Shown: positions 34,539 to 45,348, numbered from the stretch's first letter. The stretch: DNA of 64,000 bases from an uncultured Gemmatimonadales bacterium (GCA_963825055.1 CAWGSK010000012.1:608001-672000), one strand, 5' to 3'. Translations and numbers: made by a program. The notes: generated by a model not told the origin, from the sequence alone.

Positions 34539-35145
34539 TCCGTAGTCTCTCCACCAGCTTCTCGAGCGCCCTGCCCCGGTGGCTCACTGCATCCTTCTCC
34601 TCCGCCGTCGCCTCACCGAACGTCTTCTCAAGGTCATCGCTCAGGAAGTAGGGATCGTAGCCGAAGCCGGCGTCTCCCCGCGGCTCGGTGGTGATGGTAC
34701 CGGTGCAGCGGCCCTCGAAGATCTCGACCGGCGCCCCGGGCGAGGGCAGGTAGGCCAGGACCGCCCGGTACTGGGCCCGGCGGCGGTTGCCGGTGGCACC
34801 CGCGAGGCGGCGCAGCATCTCCCTGTTGTTGGCGGCATCGACCTCGGCCGGGCGCCCCTCCGCGCCGGCCCACCGCTTCGACCGCACGCCCGGCGCACCC
34901 CCTAGTGAGAGCACCTCGAGACCCGAATCATCGGCAACGGTGGGCAGTCCCCTCCGCTTCGCGAAATAGGCGGCCTTGGCCTCCGCGTTCGCCGAGAAGG
35001 AGTCGTGCACCTCGAGGCGCTCCTCCTCCAGCCGTTCGCCGATGCCGACCTCGTCCGGGAACACGACCTCGACACCGGCTGCCTCCAGCACGCGGCGCAC
35101 CTCGCGCTGCTTGCCGGCGCTCCGGGTGGCAAACAGCAGCTTCAC
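34528..35145 (-). CDS. rdgB: Non-canonical purine NTP pyrophosphatase (RdgB/HAM1)
   Basis: ATRSAGK, NAEAKA, ADDSGL, GAPGVRS, GFGYDP, SHRGRAL; follows rph. Confidence 0.96.
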   Translation of the reverse strand: MKLLFATRSAGKQREVRRVLEAAGVEVVFPDEVGIGERLEEERLEVHDSFSANAEAKAAYFAKRRGLPTVADDSGLEVLSLGGAPGVRSKRWAGAEGRPAEVDAANNREMLRRLAGATGNRRRAQYRAVLAYLPSPGAPVEIFEGRCTGTITTEPRGDAGFGYDPYFLSDDLEKTFGEATAEEKDAVSHRGRALEKLVERLRSEG

Positions 35146-35852
35146 CAGCCGAGCGCCTCGCGCTGCGCCTGAAAGAGCTGGCGGATACCACCCTGCGCCA
35201 GGTCCACGATGGCGTCGAGGTCGGCACGGCTGAACAAGCCCTGCTCCGCCGTCCCCTGGACCTCGACGAACTGGTCAGGCTCGGCCATGACCACGTTGGC
35301 GTCCACCACCGCGTCACGGTCCTCGGTGTAGGCCAGGTCGAGCAGCCGGGTCTCCCCCACAACCCCCGCCGAGACCGCCGCGACCAGCTGACCAAAGGGA
35401 CTCTCCACTCCTGTCTCCCTGGAAAGCCAGGCGCAGGCATCCGCCAGGGCGACGCACCCGCCGGTGATGGACGCGGTCCGGGTGCCGCCGTCGGCCTGGA
35501 GCACGTCGCAGTCGATCCGGATGGTGTACTCGCCGAACGCGAGGGTCTTCATCGCGGCCCGGAGCGAGCGCCCGACCAGGCGCTGGATCTCCTGCGTGCG
35601 CCCGCCGGGGCCGTTGCGCTCCCGCGAGGTGCGCTCCGAGGTGGCGCGCGGGAGCATCGCGTACTCGGCCGTCACCCAGCCGCTGCCGCTCCCCTTCCGC
35701 CAGCCGGGAACACCTGCCTCCACGCTCGCGGTGCAGTGGACCAGGGTCCCGCCCATGCGGATCAGGCACGAGCCCTCCGCATACGGGTTGGCATTCCGCT
35801 CGAGCACGACGGGACGGAGGGCCCCGGCCGCGCGGCCGTCAGGACGTTCCAC
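35142..35852 (-). CDS. rph: Ribonuclease PH
   Basis: [58 protein letters not shown] 35852. Confidence 0.97.
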   Translation of the reverse strand: MERPDGRAAGALRPVVLERNANPYAEGSCLIRMGGTLVHCTASVEAGVPGWRKGSGSGWVTAEYAMLPRATSERTSRERNGPGGRTQEIQRLVGRSLRAAMKTLAFGEYTIRIDCDVLQADGGTRTASITGGCVALADACAWLSRETGVESPFGQLVAAVSAGVVGETRLLDLAYTEDRDAVVDANVVMAEPDQFVEVQGTAEQGLFSRADLDAIVDLAQGGIRQLFQAQREALGW

Positions 35853-36315
35853 GGATACGCTCCACGATGTCGGAGGAAGAAAAACCGGGCACCAGGTCGA
35901 GGCATTCCACTCGTCCGCCCCGCCGCTCCACAAGGTCGGCGCCGACGACGGTGTCCCGGGTATAGTCACCGCCCTTGACCAGGACGTCAGGCTCCAGCGC
36001 CTCAATGAGGGCCAGCGGCGTGTCCTCGTCGAACAGGACGACGCAGTCGACGGCGGCAAGGCCGGCGACAAGCCGGGCCCGGGCGGCCTCGTCCACCACC
36101 GGCCGCCCCGTCCCCTTGGCCAGGCGCCGGGCGGAGCGCTGCGTATTGATTCCCACGACGAGTGCGTCGCCCAGCGACCGCGCGCGCTCCAGCAGGGTGA
36201 CGTGACCGGGATGCAGGAGGTCGAACACGCCGTTGGTGAACACGACGGTCCCGCCGGTCTCCCGGCGCCACGCCGCGGCAGCGTCACGCGTCCGGATCTT
36301 CCCTGTCGTATCCAT
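35839..36315 (-). CDS. rfaE2: D-glycero-beta-D-manno-heptose 1-phosphate adenylyltransferase (RfaE domain II)
   Basis: [33 protein letters not shown]. Confidence 0.93.
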   Translation of the reverse strand: MDTTGKIRTRDAAAAWRRETGGTVVFTNGVFDLLHPGHVTLLERARSLGDALVVGINTQRSARRLAKGTGRPVVDEAARARLVAGLAAVDCVVLFDEDTPLALIEALEPDVLVKGGDYTRDTVVGADLVERRGGRVECLDLVPGFSSSDIVERIRGTS

Positions 36316-37637
36316 CAGGCCTCGCCTCCGGGTGGTGGTGGACCGGGATCCCCGTTCCCTTCGTCCGGCACGGTGCCGTCCTGGCGATGGAAGATGAGCT
36401 TGAGCCCGATCGGCGCCACGAAGGTGGTGGCCATGACCATCACCAGCAGGGCGCTGAAGACCTCTTCGTTGAAGATCCCCATCCGCCGGCCGAGGTCGGC
36501 GAAAATGAGCCCGACCTCACCGCGCGGGACCATGCCGGTGCCGACCGCAAGCTTGTTGAAGCTCTCCCACGGGGCGGCCCAGCCGGCTGCCAGCTTGCCC
36601 ACGAAGGCGATCAGCGTCAGGATCAGCGCGATGAGCAGGACGCCTCCCGCGCCGGGCCGGAACGGATTCAGCACGTCCAGGTCGACCGCGGCGCCCACGC
36701 TCACGAAGAACACGGGGGTGAACACCGCGGCCACCGGCTTGATCTCATGCTCGATGATATCGAACTGGTTCGTGCCAGAGAGAATGAGTCCGGCGGCGAA
36801 GGCGCCGATGATCAGGGCCGATCCGGCCACCGCGGCCAGCGCGGCGAGACCGATGGCGAAGGCGAACGCGAAGGCGAGCAGGACGTATCGCACCCGCATC
36901 CGGTCGATCAGGTTGAACAGCTTGGGGACGAGCAGGCTTCCCACGATCACCGCCATCACCAGGAACCCCACCGCGACGGCGAGGGTCTTGCCGACGCCGA
37001 GCACGCTGACCGAGCTGCCGGCGGCGATGCCCGAGGCGACCGTCAGCATCACGAGGCCCAGGACGTCATCGATGACGGCGGCGCCCACGATGACCCGGGC
37101 CTCGCTGGTATGCATGCGCCCGAGGTCGCTCAGGACCCGCGCGGTGATCCCGACGCTGGTGGCGGTGAGCGTGGCGCCCACGAAGATGGCCGCGGTCCCG
37201 GTGGAGCCGGCGGACGCCATCAGCGGATGGGCCCCGGACATCCAGTAGAGCACGCCGAGCCCGAACGGCACCACCACGCCGACACCGGCGACGGCGAGGG
37301 AGGCCGGCCCGACGCGGAACATCTCCTTCAGGTCTGTCTCGAGCCCGATCTCGAAGAGGAGGAGCAGGACGCCGAGTTCGGCCAGGATGTGGATGTAGTC
37401 GCCGACGAGCCCCTCGGTGGGAACCCAGCCCAGCAGGGTCCGCCCGAGGATGACGCCCGCCAGCAGCTCCCCCAGCACCGCGGGCTGGCCGATCCGCTCG
37501 GCCAGCTCGCCCATGATCTTGCCGAGCACCAGGATGGAGGCAAGCGCGAAGAGCAGGCGGGGAACCTGCTCGCCGCTGGCCGCGGCGGCCAGTGGCGTCG
37601 GGGCCAGCAGAAACAACAACAGCCCGGCGACGAGCAC
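36315..37637 (-). CDS. Cation:proton antiporter (CPA2/KefB-NapA-like)
   Basis: [54 protein letters not shown]; start uncertain. Confidence 0.92.
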   Translation of the reverse strand: MLVAGLLLFLLAPTPLAAAASGEQVPRLLFALASILVLGKIMGELAERIGQPAVLGELLAGVILGRTLLGWVPTEGLVGDYIHILAELGVLLLLFEIGLETDLKEMFRVGPASLAVAGVGVVVPFGLGVLYWMSGAHPLMASAGSTGTAAIFVGATLTATSVGITARVLSDLGRMHTSEARVIVGAAVIDDVLGLVMLTVASGIAAGSSVSVLGVGKTLAVAVGFLVMAVIVGSLLVPKLFNLIDRMRVRYVLLAFAFAFAIGLAALAAVAGSALIIGAFAAGLILSGTNQFDIIEHEIKPVAAVFTPVFFVSVGAAVDLDVLNPFRPGAGGVLLIALILTLIAFVGKLAAGWAAPWESFNKLAVGTGMVPRGEVGLIFADLGRRMGIFNEEVFSALLVMVMATTFVAPIGLKLIFHRQDGTVPDEGNGDPGPPPPGGEA

Positions 37638-37677
37638 CGGGCGCAGGGACCACGGGAACCGGTGCCGCCGCCCTCCC

Positions 37678-38046
37678 CTAGAGCGGCTCCGTCGCACGTG
37701 GCGTGAAGTTGAACGTATGGTTGAAGAAGGGGAGATTGACACGTTCGCTGTACTCGGTCGTTATGGTGATCGTGCGCGGGCGCCCGGAGCGCTTGATGAC
37801 GAAGCGCTGGGCATCCTCGGGCAGGTGCAGTTGCTCCGCCCTCGTACGCAGGCGGCGCCTAATGGTTGCATCCGTCAGGCTCGGCGCGAGCCGGGCGTTC
37901 GATCGCATCTCGTCCCGCAACTGGTAGTATCGCCAGTACACCTGGCCGATGTTTACGCCGTAAAAGAGAATCCCGGCGAACAGCAGCAGGGAAAACAGGC
38001 AGCCCATCGTGCTGCCGCCGCGACGGCGATCCTGATGTCTCACCAT
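37678..38046 (-). CDS. Hypothetical single-TM protein, DUF4845/pilin-like N-terminus
   Basis: Basic leader RRRG followed by hydrophobic helix and small alpha/beta domain. Confidence 0.7.
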   Translation of the reverse strand: MVRHQDRRRGGSTMGCLFSLLLFAGILFYGVNIGQVYWRYYQLRDEMRSNARLAPSLTDATIRRRLRTRAEQLHLPEDAQRFVIKRSGRPRTITITTEYSERVNLPFFNHTFNFTPRATEPL

Positions 38047-38567
38047 TGCGATTGAGCCCCGTCCACGATGTTGGTGACGAGCTGGTCGAGCGCCTTGCGG
38101 CGCCCCTCCGTTTCCCGGCCGGGCTCGTAGTCCCCTTCCAGGTTCATGCCGTTGCGTTGCCACAGCGTCTTGCCGGTCTGCTGGTTCACGATCTCGACGG
38201 TGACCGTCATCTGCACCAGCCGCCGGGTCACGTTCACCTGGTTGCCCGAGGTGCCGGTATACGCCACCGGCACGTCGGGCTCATAGCGGGTGATGGTCCC
38301 GCGCACGAGCGCGTCCGCGTTCGCCTCGCCCGCCTGCCGGAGCCCGAGGCGGTTCTCGACCGCCTCCCGGACCGAACGCACGACTTCCTGGGTCAGCGTT
38401 GGTTCCGAAGTCAGGTTCTCGAACGGCAGCACGGCAACGGTGTTGATCTCCGGGGGAAAGCCGCCACCGGCAAATCCATAGCACGCGGCGGCGGCCAGCA
38501 GCAGGCTAAGGCTCGCCAGGCGCCCAGATCTCGGAGGGAAATGCTGAATCCGTCGCGGTTTCGACAA
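38040..38567 (-). CDS. lptE: LptE-like LPS assembly lipoprotein
   Basis: AAAC-YGF lipoprotein start, TVAVLPFENLT, ADALVRGTITRY, GKTLW; start uncertain. Confidence 0.75.
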   Translation of the reverse strand: MSKPRRIQHFPPRSGRLASLSLLLAAAACYGFAGGGFPPEINTVAVLPFENLTSEPTLTQEVVRSVREAVENRLGLRQAGEANADALVRGTITRYEPDVPVAYTGTSGNQVNVTRRLVQMTVTVEIVNQQTGKTLWQRNGMNLEGDYEPGRETEGRRKALDQLVTNIVDGAQSQW

Positions 38568-39213
38568 AGGTCAAGTCCAATCGTGCCGGGATCCGTGGGA
38601 CCGTGAGGCGGGCCTTGGATGGCCGGCCATCGGGACCGAACTCGGTTTCTGCCTTGCCCACGACTTTCCCGGCCTGCCGGACGATAGTCACCAGCCGGGG
38701 GCGCTCGCCACTGCTGAGGGCATATTCGATCGTATCGCCCGCGGCCGCGTAGTACCAGGCCGTGAGCCGCTCCGTCTCCAGGCCCCGCACTTCCACGCCC
38801 GCCGCGGGCCCCAGGGCGATACCGAACAGGCTCCACATGAGCGGATAGTCCGGCACCAGGTTCTCGAGTGCCTCGGGTGGTTCCACCCAGAGGGCGGAAT
38901 CCCCCACGACCACCGCCGCCATCCGGCCCGTGCCCAGCGGGCCCCGGGCGTCAAACCGGATCGAGTCCGGCGCCGCGATCCGGGCGCTGCCCCGGCCACC
39001 GGCACTGGCCCGGTCGTCCCGGAACAGCCACCGGAAACGGTACAGGGTATGCCCGGTGGGGGCCGTCACCCCGGCCCAGGCCCGGGCCTGATCGGGCGTC
39101 GCGGGAGCGGCGGTGCGCGGCACCACAGGCGCGATGCTGCCGCCACAGCCGGCAAGCAACACGACAAGATACGCCGGCCGAAACACCCGGTCAAGCGAAA
39201 ACCGTTGTGGCAT
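38506..39213 (-). CDS. Hypothetical lipoprotein (possible LolB/DUF4292-like beta sheet)
   Basis: Lipobox LAGC; GRGSARIAAPDSIRFDARGPLG; TGATG coupling to upstream gene. Confidence 0.7.
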   Translation of the reverse strand: MPQRFSLDRVFRPAYLVVLLAGCGGSIAPVVPRTAAPATPDQARAWAGVTAPTGHTLYRFRWLFRDDRASAGGRGSARIAAPDSIRFDARGPLGTGRMAAVVVGDSALWVEPPEALENLVPDYPLMWSLFGIALGPAAGVEVRGLETERLTAWYYAAAGDTIEYALSSGERPRLVTIVRQAGKVVGKAETEFGPDGRPSKARLTVPRIPARLDLTFVETATDSAFPSEIWAPGEP

Positions 39214-42050
39214 CAGTAGTTATAGCCAAAAAAGAACTGCACGAATCCCCGGTTGCGATCTTCGGCGGAAAATGGATAGCCGAGGAAGTTCTTGTCGCTG
39301 AACTTTCGGCCCCAGTCGAGGCGGATCACCGCCAGCGGTCCCAGCGCGAGCCGGAAGCTTATTCCATAGCTCCCGAGCAGCGCCCTCGAATCGTAATCGC
39401 GGAACCATGCCTTGCCCAAGTCGCCGAAAAAGGCGCCCTGGATCCCGGGAAACCGGACATCGCCGATGGGGGTGCCGAACGTGAGGTGGTTGAGGAGGGG
39501 GAAGCGCAGTTCCTGGTTCAACATCCAGGCCCGGGAGCCGACGATGGTACCGAAGAGGGGGTACCCGCGCAGGGCGCTGGTCCCGCCGATGTTCACCCGC
39601 CGGGGACGGTCGCCCCCGCTGTAGAAACCCATGGCCCGGACCGCATAGGCGCTGCGCCGGCCGAGCCGGAAGTAGTGGCGCCAGTCGAGGTTCAGCAGGT
39701 AACTGTCGAACCGGGCGTTGCTGAAGTCGCTGGTGAGGCCGGCGGTGATGCGGAAGCGCCCGCCGTCGATCGGGCCGGAGGGAAGCCACAGGGCGTTGTC
39801 ACGCACGTAGCTCACGAAGCTGGATGACAGCCACCCCACCCGGCGGAGGCCCTCCGCGGGTGGCACGGCCGACCCGTCCGGGAAGTCGAAGTCGGTCCGG
39901 TCCGAGCGCTCGACCACCACCTGGCCCTCCACCCGCTCGAACCGGTTGAGCGGATACCGCAGCAGGCCGAGGGCTCCGAACGTCTGCTCGCGATAGGCGA
40001 TGGTCAGCCGGTCCTGGTAGGCCGCGCCCTTGAGACGGAACGCGCCAATACCCCAGTTGAGCCGCCGCTTCTGATTGATGTAGATCCCGCTCGCATTGAT
40101 GTTCTCGAAAATGCTGCCGAGGTCCTTCCCCTGGAAGGAGGAGAGGCCGAAGATGAGCGCCTCGTCACTCAGCAGGTCGCTCAGGAAGAGCTGGATGCCC
40201 TGGGCTCCGCCGTAGCCGGGAATGAAAACAGCGTCACCCCCGGCGAAGTCGAGCGTGAAGCGGCGGCGGTAGGGATGGCCGTCCACCTCGTACGCGCTCG
40301 TGTCGCGCCCGGAGGTCCACTCCCAGGAGGGAGCCTCCGCCAGGGCCGGGGTCCCCCCGAAGGTCTCGTGCTGTGCCTCCGGGTCCTCGGGGACGTAGTA
40401 GAGATTCCAGCTCAGATCGTGGAAGCCGCCGACGAGGAGGCCCTGCCGATCCGGCAGCCAGGTGGGGTCGAATGCACCGGTCCACGAGCTTGTCTCGCGA
40501 CGTCCATGCCCCAGGCTGTCCACCGAGAACACGTTGAGGACACCGTCCCGGCTCGACGCATAGTAGATCCGCCCGTTTGCCGCCCATCGCGGCGTCTCGT
40601 CCACCCAGTCGCCGTTGGTGACCTGGGTGATGCGGCCGGTGGCAAGCTCACAGGTGAACAGGTTCACCGCGCCCTCTCCCCCGCCGGCGGTGCGGTCGCT
40701 GGCGAACACCAGCCGGGTGCCGTCCGGGCTCAGGCTCGGATCGATGTCCTGGTAGGGATCATCCGTCAGGTGCTCGAGTTCGCCGCCCGGCAGGCGCACG
40801 CGGTAGAGGTCCGACAGGCCGCTCTCCGCGAGCCCGCTGAAGATGACGCTCTCGCCATCGGGCCCCCAGACGGGTGACAGCACCGACACGAGCCCCGGGA
40901 ACTGGTAGCGGCCGACGACCTTGCGCGCGCGCACGTCGAAGATGACGAGCGCGTCGCGGTCGCCCGACTGGGAAGAGAAGAGCAGCAGGCCCGGCCTCGA
41001 GGCATCCAGCCGCGAGTCGAACGGATGGAAGCCTTCGAGTTCGGTCGAGCGTCCCGCCTCGATGATCCGCTGGGCCCCGCCCCCGTCGAGCGGCCGGCGC
41101 ATGATGGTGATGTACCCACGGTCGGGCGAGAGGTAGTACACCTGGGTGCTGTCGCCGGCCCCGGCCGCCTCGGGCTTCAGGGCGAGCGTGGCCAGGCGAC
41201 GGCCCTCCACGTCGAGCGGCTCGAGGTCCTGCGCGACCGGGTAGTAGGCCCGGCGCATGGCCAGCTGGAATTCGTCGTTCAGCTGGCCCAGGGTTCGGCC
41301 GTAGACCGCGAGGATCGCCTCCTCGAACGAGTTGTAGCGCCACATGTCGCGGTAGAACATCGCCACGCGCCAGTCGCCGTACGTGTCCGCCAGCCAGCGG
41401 TGAATCCGCCCGCCGATCGGATAGACGATGCCACCCCCCGCGAAGCGCAGTTCCTCGATGCCCGGGAGCCGGCCCGAAAGGGTCAGGTCCCGCATGATCA
41501 TCTCGTCGCGCGCATCCTGGCCCCCGGACCAGAGCTCGGCCAGGCCCTCGCTCCACCAGAGGGGCGTCTGCACGTGGTTCCGCGCGTTCCTGTAGTAATT
41601 CTCCGTCAGCCAGCTCAACTGGAAGACGTGCACCATCTCGTGGCGGAGCGTGTGGCGGAACTCGGCGAGGTTCCCCCGGTACGGGAGCGAGACCCGCCGC
41701 TTCAGGAAGTCCGTCGCGCCGAGCAGTCCCTCGGGGGGAATGAACGGGAGGATATTCGTCTGCTCGAAGTCGGCGTGCGACGCGTAGACGATGACGGGGA
41801 TCCGCGTCGTGACCTCGTGACCGAACTGGAGGGACAGCGTGTCGTAGCTGCGCTCGGCGTAGTCCAGCGCCACCGGGGCCAGGTGCGCCTCGGCGGGATA
41901 GTAGTAGAGGTCGACGTGCGGGCCCTTCAGGACCTGCCAGTCGAAGTCGCGATACTGGATCTTGTTCTGCCCGAACGAGAAGAACTGGGCCGCGGCGGGT
42001 GCCGCGGCCCCGAACACCAGCCCGAGCAGCAGGATACCCCATCGTGTCAT
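39213..42050 (-). CDS. Omp85-family protein with N-terminal HExxH metallopeptidase-like domain and PD40/TolB-like propeller
   Basis: Signal peptide, FGQNKIQY, HEMVH + WWSEGLAE, PD40 repeats (PSLSPDGTRLVFASDR), barrel LRGY, ELRFP, FGDLG, terminal FFGYNY. Confidence 0.88.
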   Translation of the reverse strand: MTRWGILLLGLVFGAAAPAAAQFFSFGQNKIQYRDFDWQVLKGPHVDLYYYPAEAHLAPVALDYAERSYDTLSLQFGHEVTTRIPVIVYASHADFEQTNILPFIPPEGLLGATDFLKRRVSLPYRGNLAEFRHTLRHEMVHVFQLSWLTENYYRNARNHVQTPLWWSEGLAELWSGGQDARDEMIMRDLTLSGRLPGIEELRFAGGGIVYPIGGRIHRWLADTYGDWRVAMFYRDMWRYNSFEEAILAVYGRTLGQLNDEFQLAMRRAYYPVAQDLEPLDVEGRRLATLALKPEAAGAGDSTQVYYLSPDRGYITIMRRPLDGGGAQRIIEAGRSTELEGFHPFDSRLDASRPGLLLFSSQSGDRDALVIFDVRARKVVGRYQFPGLVSVLSPVWGPDGESVIFSGLAESGLSDLYRVRLPGGELEHLTDDPYQDIDPSLSPDGTRLVFASDRTAGGGEGAVNLFTCELATGRITQVTNGDWVDETPRWAANGRIYYASSRDGVLNVFSVDSLGHGRRETSSWTGAFDPTWLPDRQGLLVGGFHDLSWNLYYVPEDPEAQHETFGGTPALAEAPSWEWTSGRDTSAYEVDGHPYRRRFTLDFAGGDAVFIPGYGGAQGIQLFLSDLLSDEALIFGLSSFQGKDLGSIFENINASGIYINQKRRLNWGIGAFRLKGAAYQDRLTIAYREQTFGALGLLRYPLNRFERVEGQVVVERSDRTDFDFPDGSAVPPAEGLRRVGWLSSSFVSYVRDNALWLPSGPIDGGRFRITAGLTSDFSNARFDSYLLNLDWRHYFRLGRRSAYAVRAMGFYSGGDRPRRVNIGGTSALRGYPLFGTIVGSRAWMLNQELRFPLLNHLTFGTPIGDVRFPGIQGAFFGDLGKAWFRDYDSRALLGSYGISFRLALGPLAVIRLDWGRKFSDKNFLGYPFSAEDRNRGFVQFFFGYNY

Positions 42051-44086
42051 CGTCGAATGGTCCGGATCAGGTCTCCCTGGGTTACCCGCAACAGGGCCGC
42101 ACGCGAGCCCACGATGCGACCGAATACCGTGTAGTTGCCGTCGAGATGCGGCTGCGGGCTCAGCGTGATGAACCACTGGCTCGAGCCGGTGTCTGGCCCG
42201 GACAGGGCCATCCCCACGGTCACCGATTCATAGCGGCGGCGGTTGATCTCGTCCCGGATCGCGCCGCCCGGGCCGCCCCAGCCGTCGCCCCGCGGATCGC
42301 CATCCTGCACCACGAAGTTCGGCACCACGCGGTGCCAGCGGTTCCCGTCGAAGAAGTGACGGTCCACCAGCAGCAGGAAATTCGTCACCGTGAGCGGCGC
42401 GTCAGGGCCGAACAGTTCAATCTCGAGCGTGCCACGCTGCTCCGTCTCCAGGAAGACGTGAGGCATGCGGTCGGGCGACGACGGGACGAGATAACGCCGC
42501 GCGAGGTCCCGGTAATCCTGGAGCGTCCGCCCGGTCTCGATAGGCCAGGCGGCCCCCCAGAGGGCAGACGCATCGGGCCAGGAATCCACCGCCCACCGCC
42601 GGATGAGATACGAATCCGGGCGGGGCGCTTCGAGCAGGAACTGGTCATCCACCGCCTGCCGCCCCTCGGGCGATTCGCCGGCGATGGCGGCGAGTCCACC
42701 CAGGGCCGCCAGGGCCGCGTCAGGGAACGAATCGGCGGAGGCGCGCCGGTACGCCGCCGCAAGACCGGCGATGTCGCCCTTTTCCTTGAGACGACCGACC
42801 ACCCCCGCAGCCACACTCCGCACCGCGGCATCGGGACTGGCCAGGCGCTCGCGCGCCGCCCGGGCGAGGAGCGGACCGGGCTCCTCCTCCCTGTCACTCC
42901 ACGCCTGGAGCAGGGCCGCGACGACTCGTGGATCGGGATCGGTGAGCAGCGACTTCCACTCGGGGCGGTCTGGATCGCCCAGCAGGGCCCACGCTTCCGC
43001 GGCGGTGGACCGGGTCCGCCAGTCGGCCCCCTGCCGCCATGAGGCCTCGAGGCGCTGGAAGGCGCTGGTATCGACCCTCGCGAGAGCAACGAGCGCCTCG
43101 CGCTGGAGCGCGAAGAGACGGCTCCCGGTGAACGCGCGCACGAGCGCGGCCACTGCCTCACTCCCACCCAGCCGCCCGAGGGCGGCTGCCGCGGTGACGC
43201 GGACATTCGGGTCCGGGTCGTCGAGGTGCGGTATGACGGTGCCCGCCAGGGCCGAGTCCCGCCACGTGGCGAGCGCGCGGAGGGCGTTGATCCTGACGCC
43301 GGCGTCCTCGTCGTCCGTCGCGCGGGTGAGCGCCGTGCGCACTGCGTCCGGCGCGAGGCCCGCCGAATCGGTGTAGGCCGGCGTGAAGGGGCGCACGGCC
43401 CACGAGCGGATAATCGCGTCGGGATCCTCCATGGCAAGCAGGATGTCGCTCCCGGCGGCCCCGACGCGGAGCCGTCCCAGCGTGTAGATCGCCGCCTTGC
43501 GCCGGACGATGGAGGTGTCCCTCGCGAAGCGGGCCAGGTCGGCCGATGGGGCGTTCTCGCCGAGGCGCCAGCTCTCCCGCACGACCGCGTCCACGGTCGC
43601 GACCGGATCGGTCCCGGCGAGATCGGGGTTGCCGCGCAGGATCACGCTGAAGAAACGGCCCACCGCGGCGCCGCCGATGCGCGAAAGGGCCGTGATGCCT
43701 TCGACGGCCGCCTCCGATGACAGGGCCGGGCTGGTGGCAAATCGTTCCATCACCGGCCCGGCGGATGCGCTGTCGGCGATGAGCCCCAGGGCAAAGAGCG
43801 CCACGGCCTGGACGCTCGAGTCGCGGTCAATGAGCACCGGCAGCAGGAGCGCCACCCCGCGCGGATCGCGAAGCCGGCCGACGGCGAGTGCCGCCGCGCG
43901 GCGTACCTCCGGGTCGGCGTGCTCCAGCGCGCGGCGGAACAGCCCCGCGTCGAAGGACCGCGCATCTTCGGCCTTGAGGAGGGGGGCCAGTGCCTCGACC
44001 AGGGCGGCATCGCCCTGGGCGTCCGCCCGCGCCGGGGCCGCGGCCAGGGCGGCGAGCGCCACCACGGCGAGCCACGCGCGCCTCAT
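42047..44086 (-). CDS. Exported HEAT-repeat protein with C-terminal cyclophilin-type PPIase
   Basis: Signal peptide; repeated DxDxxVRxxAAxALG; APLTVTNF, HRVVPNFVVQDGDP, DTGSSQWFI, PHLDGNYTVFG. Confidence 0.92.
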   Translation of the reverse strand: MRRAWLAVVALAALAAAPARADAQGDAALVEALAPLLKAEDARSFDAGLFRRALEHADPEVRRAAALAVGRLRDPRGVALLLPVLIDRDSSVQAVALFALGLIADSASAGPVMERFATSPALSSEAAVEGITALSRIGGAAVGRFFSVILRGNPDLAGTDPVATVDAVVRESWRLGENAPSADLARFARDTSIVRRKAAIYTLGRLRVGAAGSDILLAMEDPDAIIRSWAVRPFTPAYTDSAGLAPDAVRTALTRATDDEDAGVRINALRALATWRDSALAGTVIPHLDDPDPNVRVTAAAALGRLGGSEAVAALVRAFTGSRLFALQREALVALARVDTSAFQRLEASWRQGADWRTRSTAAEAWALLGDPDRPEWKSLLTDPDPRVVAALLQAWSDREEEPGPLLARAARERLASPDAAVRSVAAGVVGRLKEKGDIAGLAAAYRRASADSFPDAALAALGGLAAIAGESPEGRQAVDDQFLLEAPRPDSYLIRRWAVDSWPDASALWGAAWPIETGRTLQDYRDLARRYLVPSSPDRMPHVFLETEQRGTLEIELFGPDAPLTVTNFLLLVDRHFFDGNRWHRVVPNFVVQDGDPRGDGWGGPGGAIRDEINRRRYESVTVGMALSGPDTGSSQWFITLSPQPHLDGNYTVFGRIVGSRAALLRVTQGDLIRTIRR

Positions 44087-44514
44087 GCATCCTCCGCGAC
44101 GTGAAGCAGCGTGGAGACCTGCGGCGGAAGCCGGGTAGGGCGCTGGGCCTGGTTCAGGGAGATCATGGTCGTCTCGGCGGTGGCGAGCAGGGTGCCGGTA
44201 GCGGCGTGGGTGACCTGGTAACGGAAGATGACGCGGCGTGACGCCACGTCAGATACCCAGCACCGGATCCGGACGACATCGTCGTACCGGGCGGGCTGGA
44301 TGTAGCGGATGCGCAGGTCGGCCACCGCGAGCCGGATGCCCATGGCCTCCACCTCACGGTAGCTCATGCCGGCCTCGCGGAGGTGCTCCGTGCGGGCCAC
44401 GTCCAGCCAGATAACGTAATTGGCGTGGTAGACCACACCCATCTGGTCGGTTTCGGAATAGTTGACGCGTACCGTCGTCTCGGTCACGACCCCGGTCGCT
44501 GGGGGGTGGTTCAT
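44083..44514 (-). CDS. Acyl-CoA thioesterase (YbgC/FadM hotdog family)
   Basis: RVNYSETDQMGVVYHANY, ARTEHL, PARYDD. Confidence 0.93.
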   Translation of the reverse strand: MNHPPATGVVTETTVRVNYSETDQMGVVYHANYVIWLDVARTEHLREAGMSYREVEAMGIRLAVADLRIRYIQPARYDDVVRIRCWVSDVASRRVIFRYQVTHAATGTLLATAETTMISLNQAQRPTRLPPQVSTLLHVAEDA

Positions 44515-44613
44515 GGGTACTCCGGCTCGTCGGGACGGTTCTGGCGGAACCCGTAAGCTAATCATCCCCGGCGCGGCCGTTGCCCGTGACGGGGGGCCGG
44601 CCTATCTTCGGCC

Positions 44614-45348
44614 GTGCCCAGAGAGCGCCTCGTCATCCTCTCCGATGCGCACCTCGGTGCGACCCCTCCCGACGTCGAGGAGGCGCTGCTGGCGTTCCTG
44701 GAGCGTGTCCCGGACCTCGGTGACAGCCTGCTCCTGAACGGCGACGTCTTCGATTTCTGGTTCGAATACCGCCGGGTGATCCCCCGGACGGGCTTTCACG
44801 TGGTGGCGGCGCTGGCGCGGCTGCGCCGGCGGATGCCTGTCACGATGGTTGGCGGCAACCACGACCGCTGGGGCGGAAGTTTCTGGGACGAGCAACTGGA
44901 CATCCCGTTCCACCCGAAGGAAGCCCGTCTTCAGGTGGGCCGGCGCGAGGTGCTCGCGGTGCACGGCGACGGGATCACCGAGTCCCACTGGTCCGCGACC
45001 CTCATGCATCGTCTCACCAGCTCGCCCGCACTCATCGCCATGTACCGGGCGCTCCACCCGAGCATCGGGTTCTGGCTCGCCGACCGGATGAGCCACCGCC
45101 TGGGCGACACGACCCGGGATCGGGAACTGCTCGACCTCGCCGCGCGCCGCCAGCAGGAATGGGCCGAGCGCCGCCTGGCGGATGAGCCGTCCCTGGGCCT
45201 GATCGTCATGGGCCACACGCACCGTCCGGCGCTCTCGGAACCCTTCCCCGGGCGGCAGTACCTGAACCCCGGCGCGTGGCTGGAGGGAGGGTGCTATGCG
45301 ATTGCGACGGAAGAGGGGGCGGAGCTAGCGGTGACTAGTGACTGGTGA
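44614..45348 (+). CDS. lpxH: UDP-2,3-diacylglucosamine diphosphatase-like metallophosphoesterase
   Basis: SDAHLG, GDVFDFWFEY, GNHD, HGDG, GHTH, YLNPGAW. Confidence 0.85.
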   Translation: MPRERLVILSDAHLGATPPDVEEALLAFLERVPDLGDSLLLNGDVFDFWFEYRRVIPRTGFHVVAALARLRRRMPVTMVGGNHDRWGGSFWDEQLDIPFHPKEARLQVGRREVLAVHGDGITESHWSATLMHRLTSSPALIAMYRALHPSIGFWLADRMSHRLGDTTRDRELLDLAARRQQEWAERRLADEPSLGLIVMGHTHRPALSEPFPGRQYLNPGAWLEGGCYAIATEEGAELAVTSDW

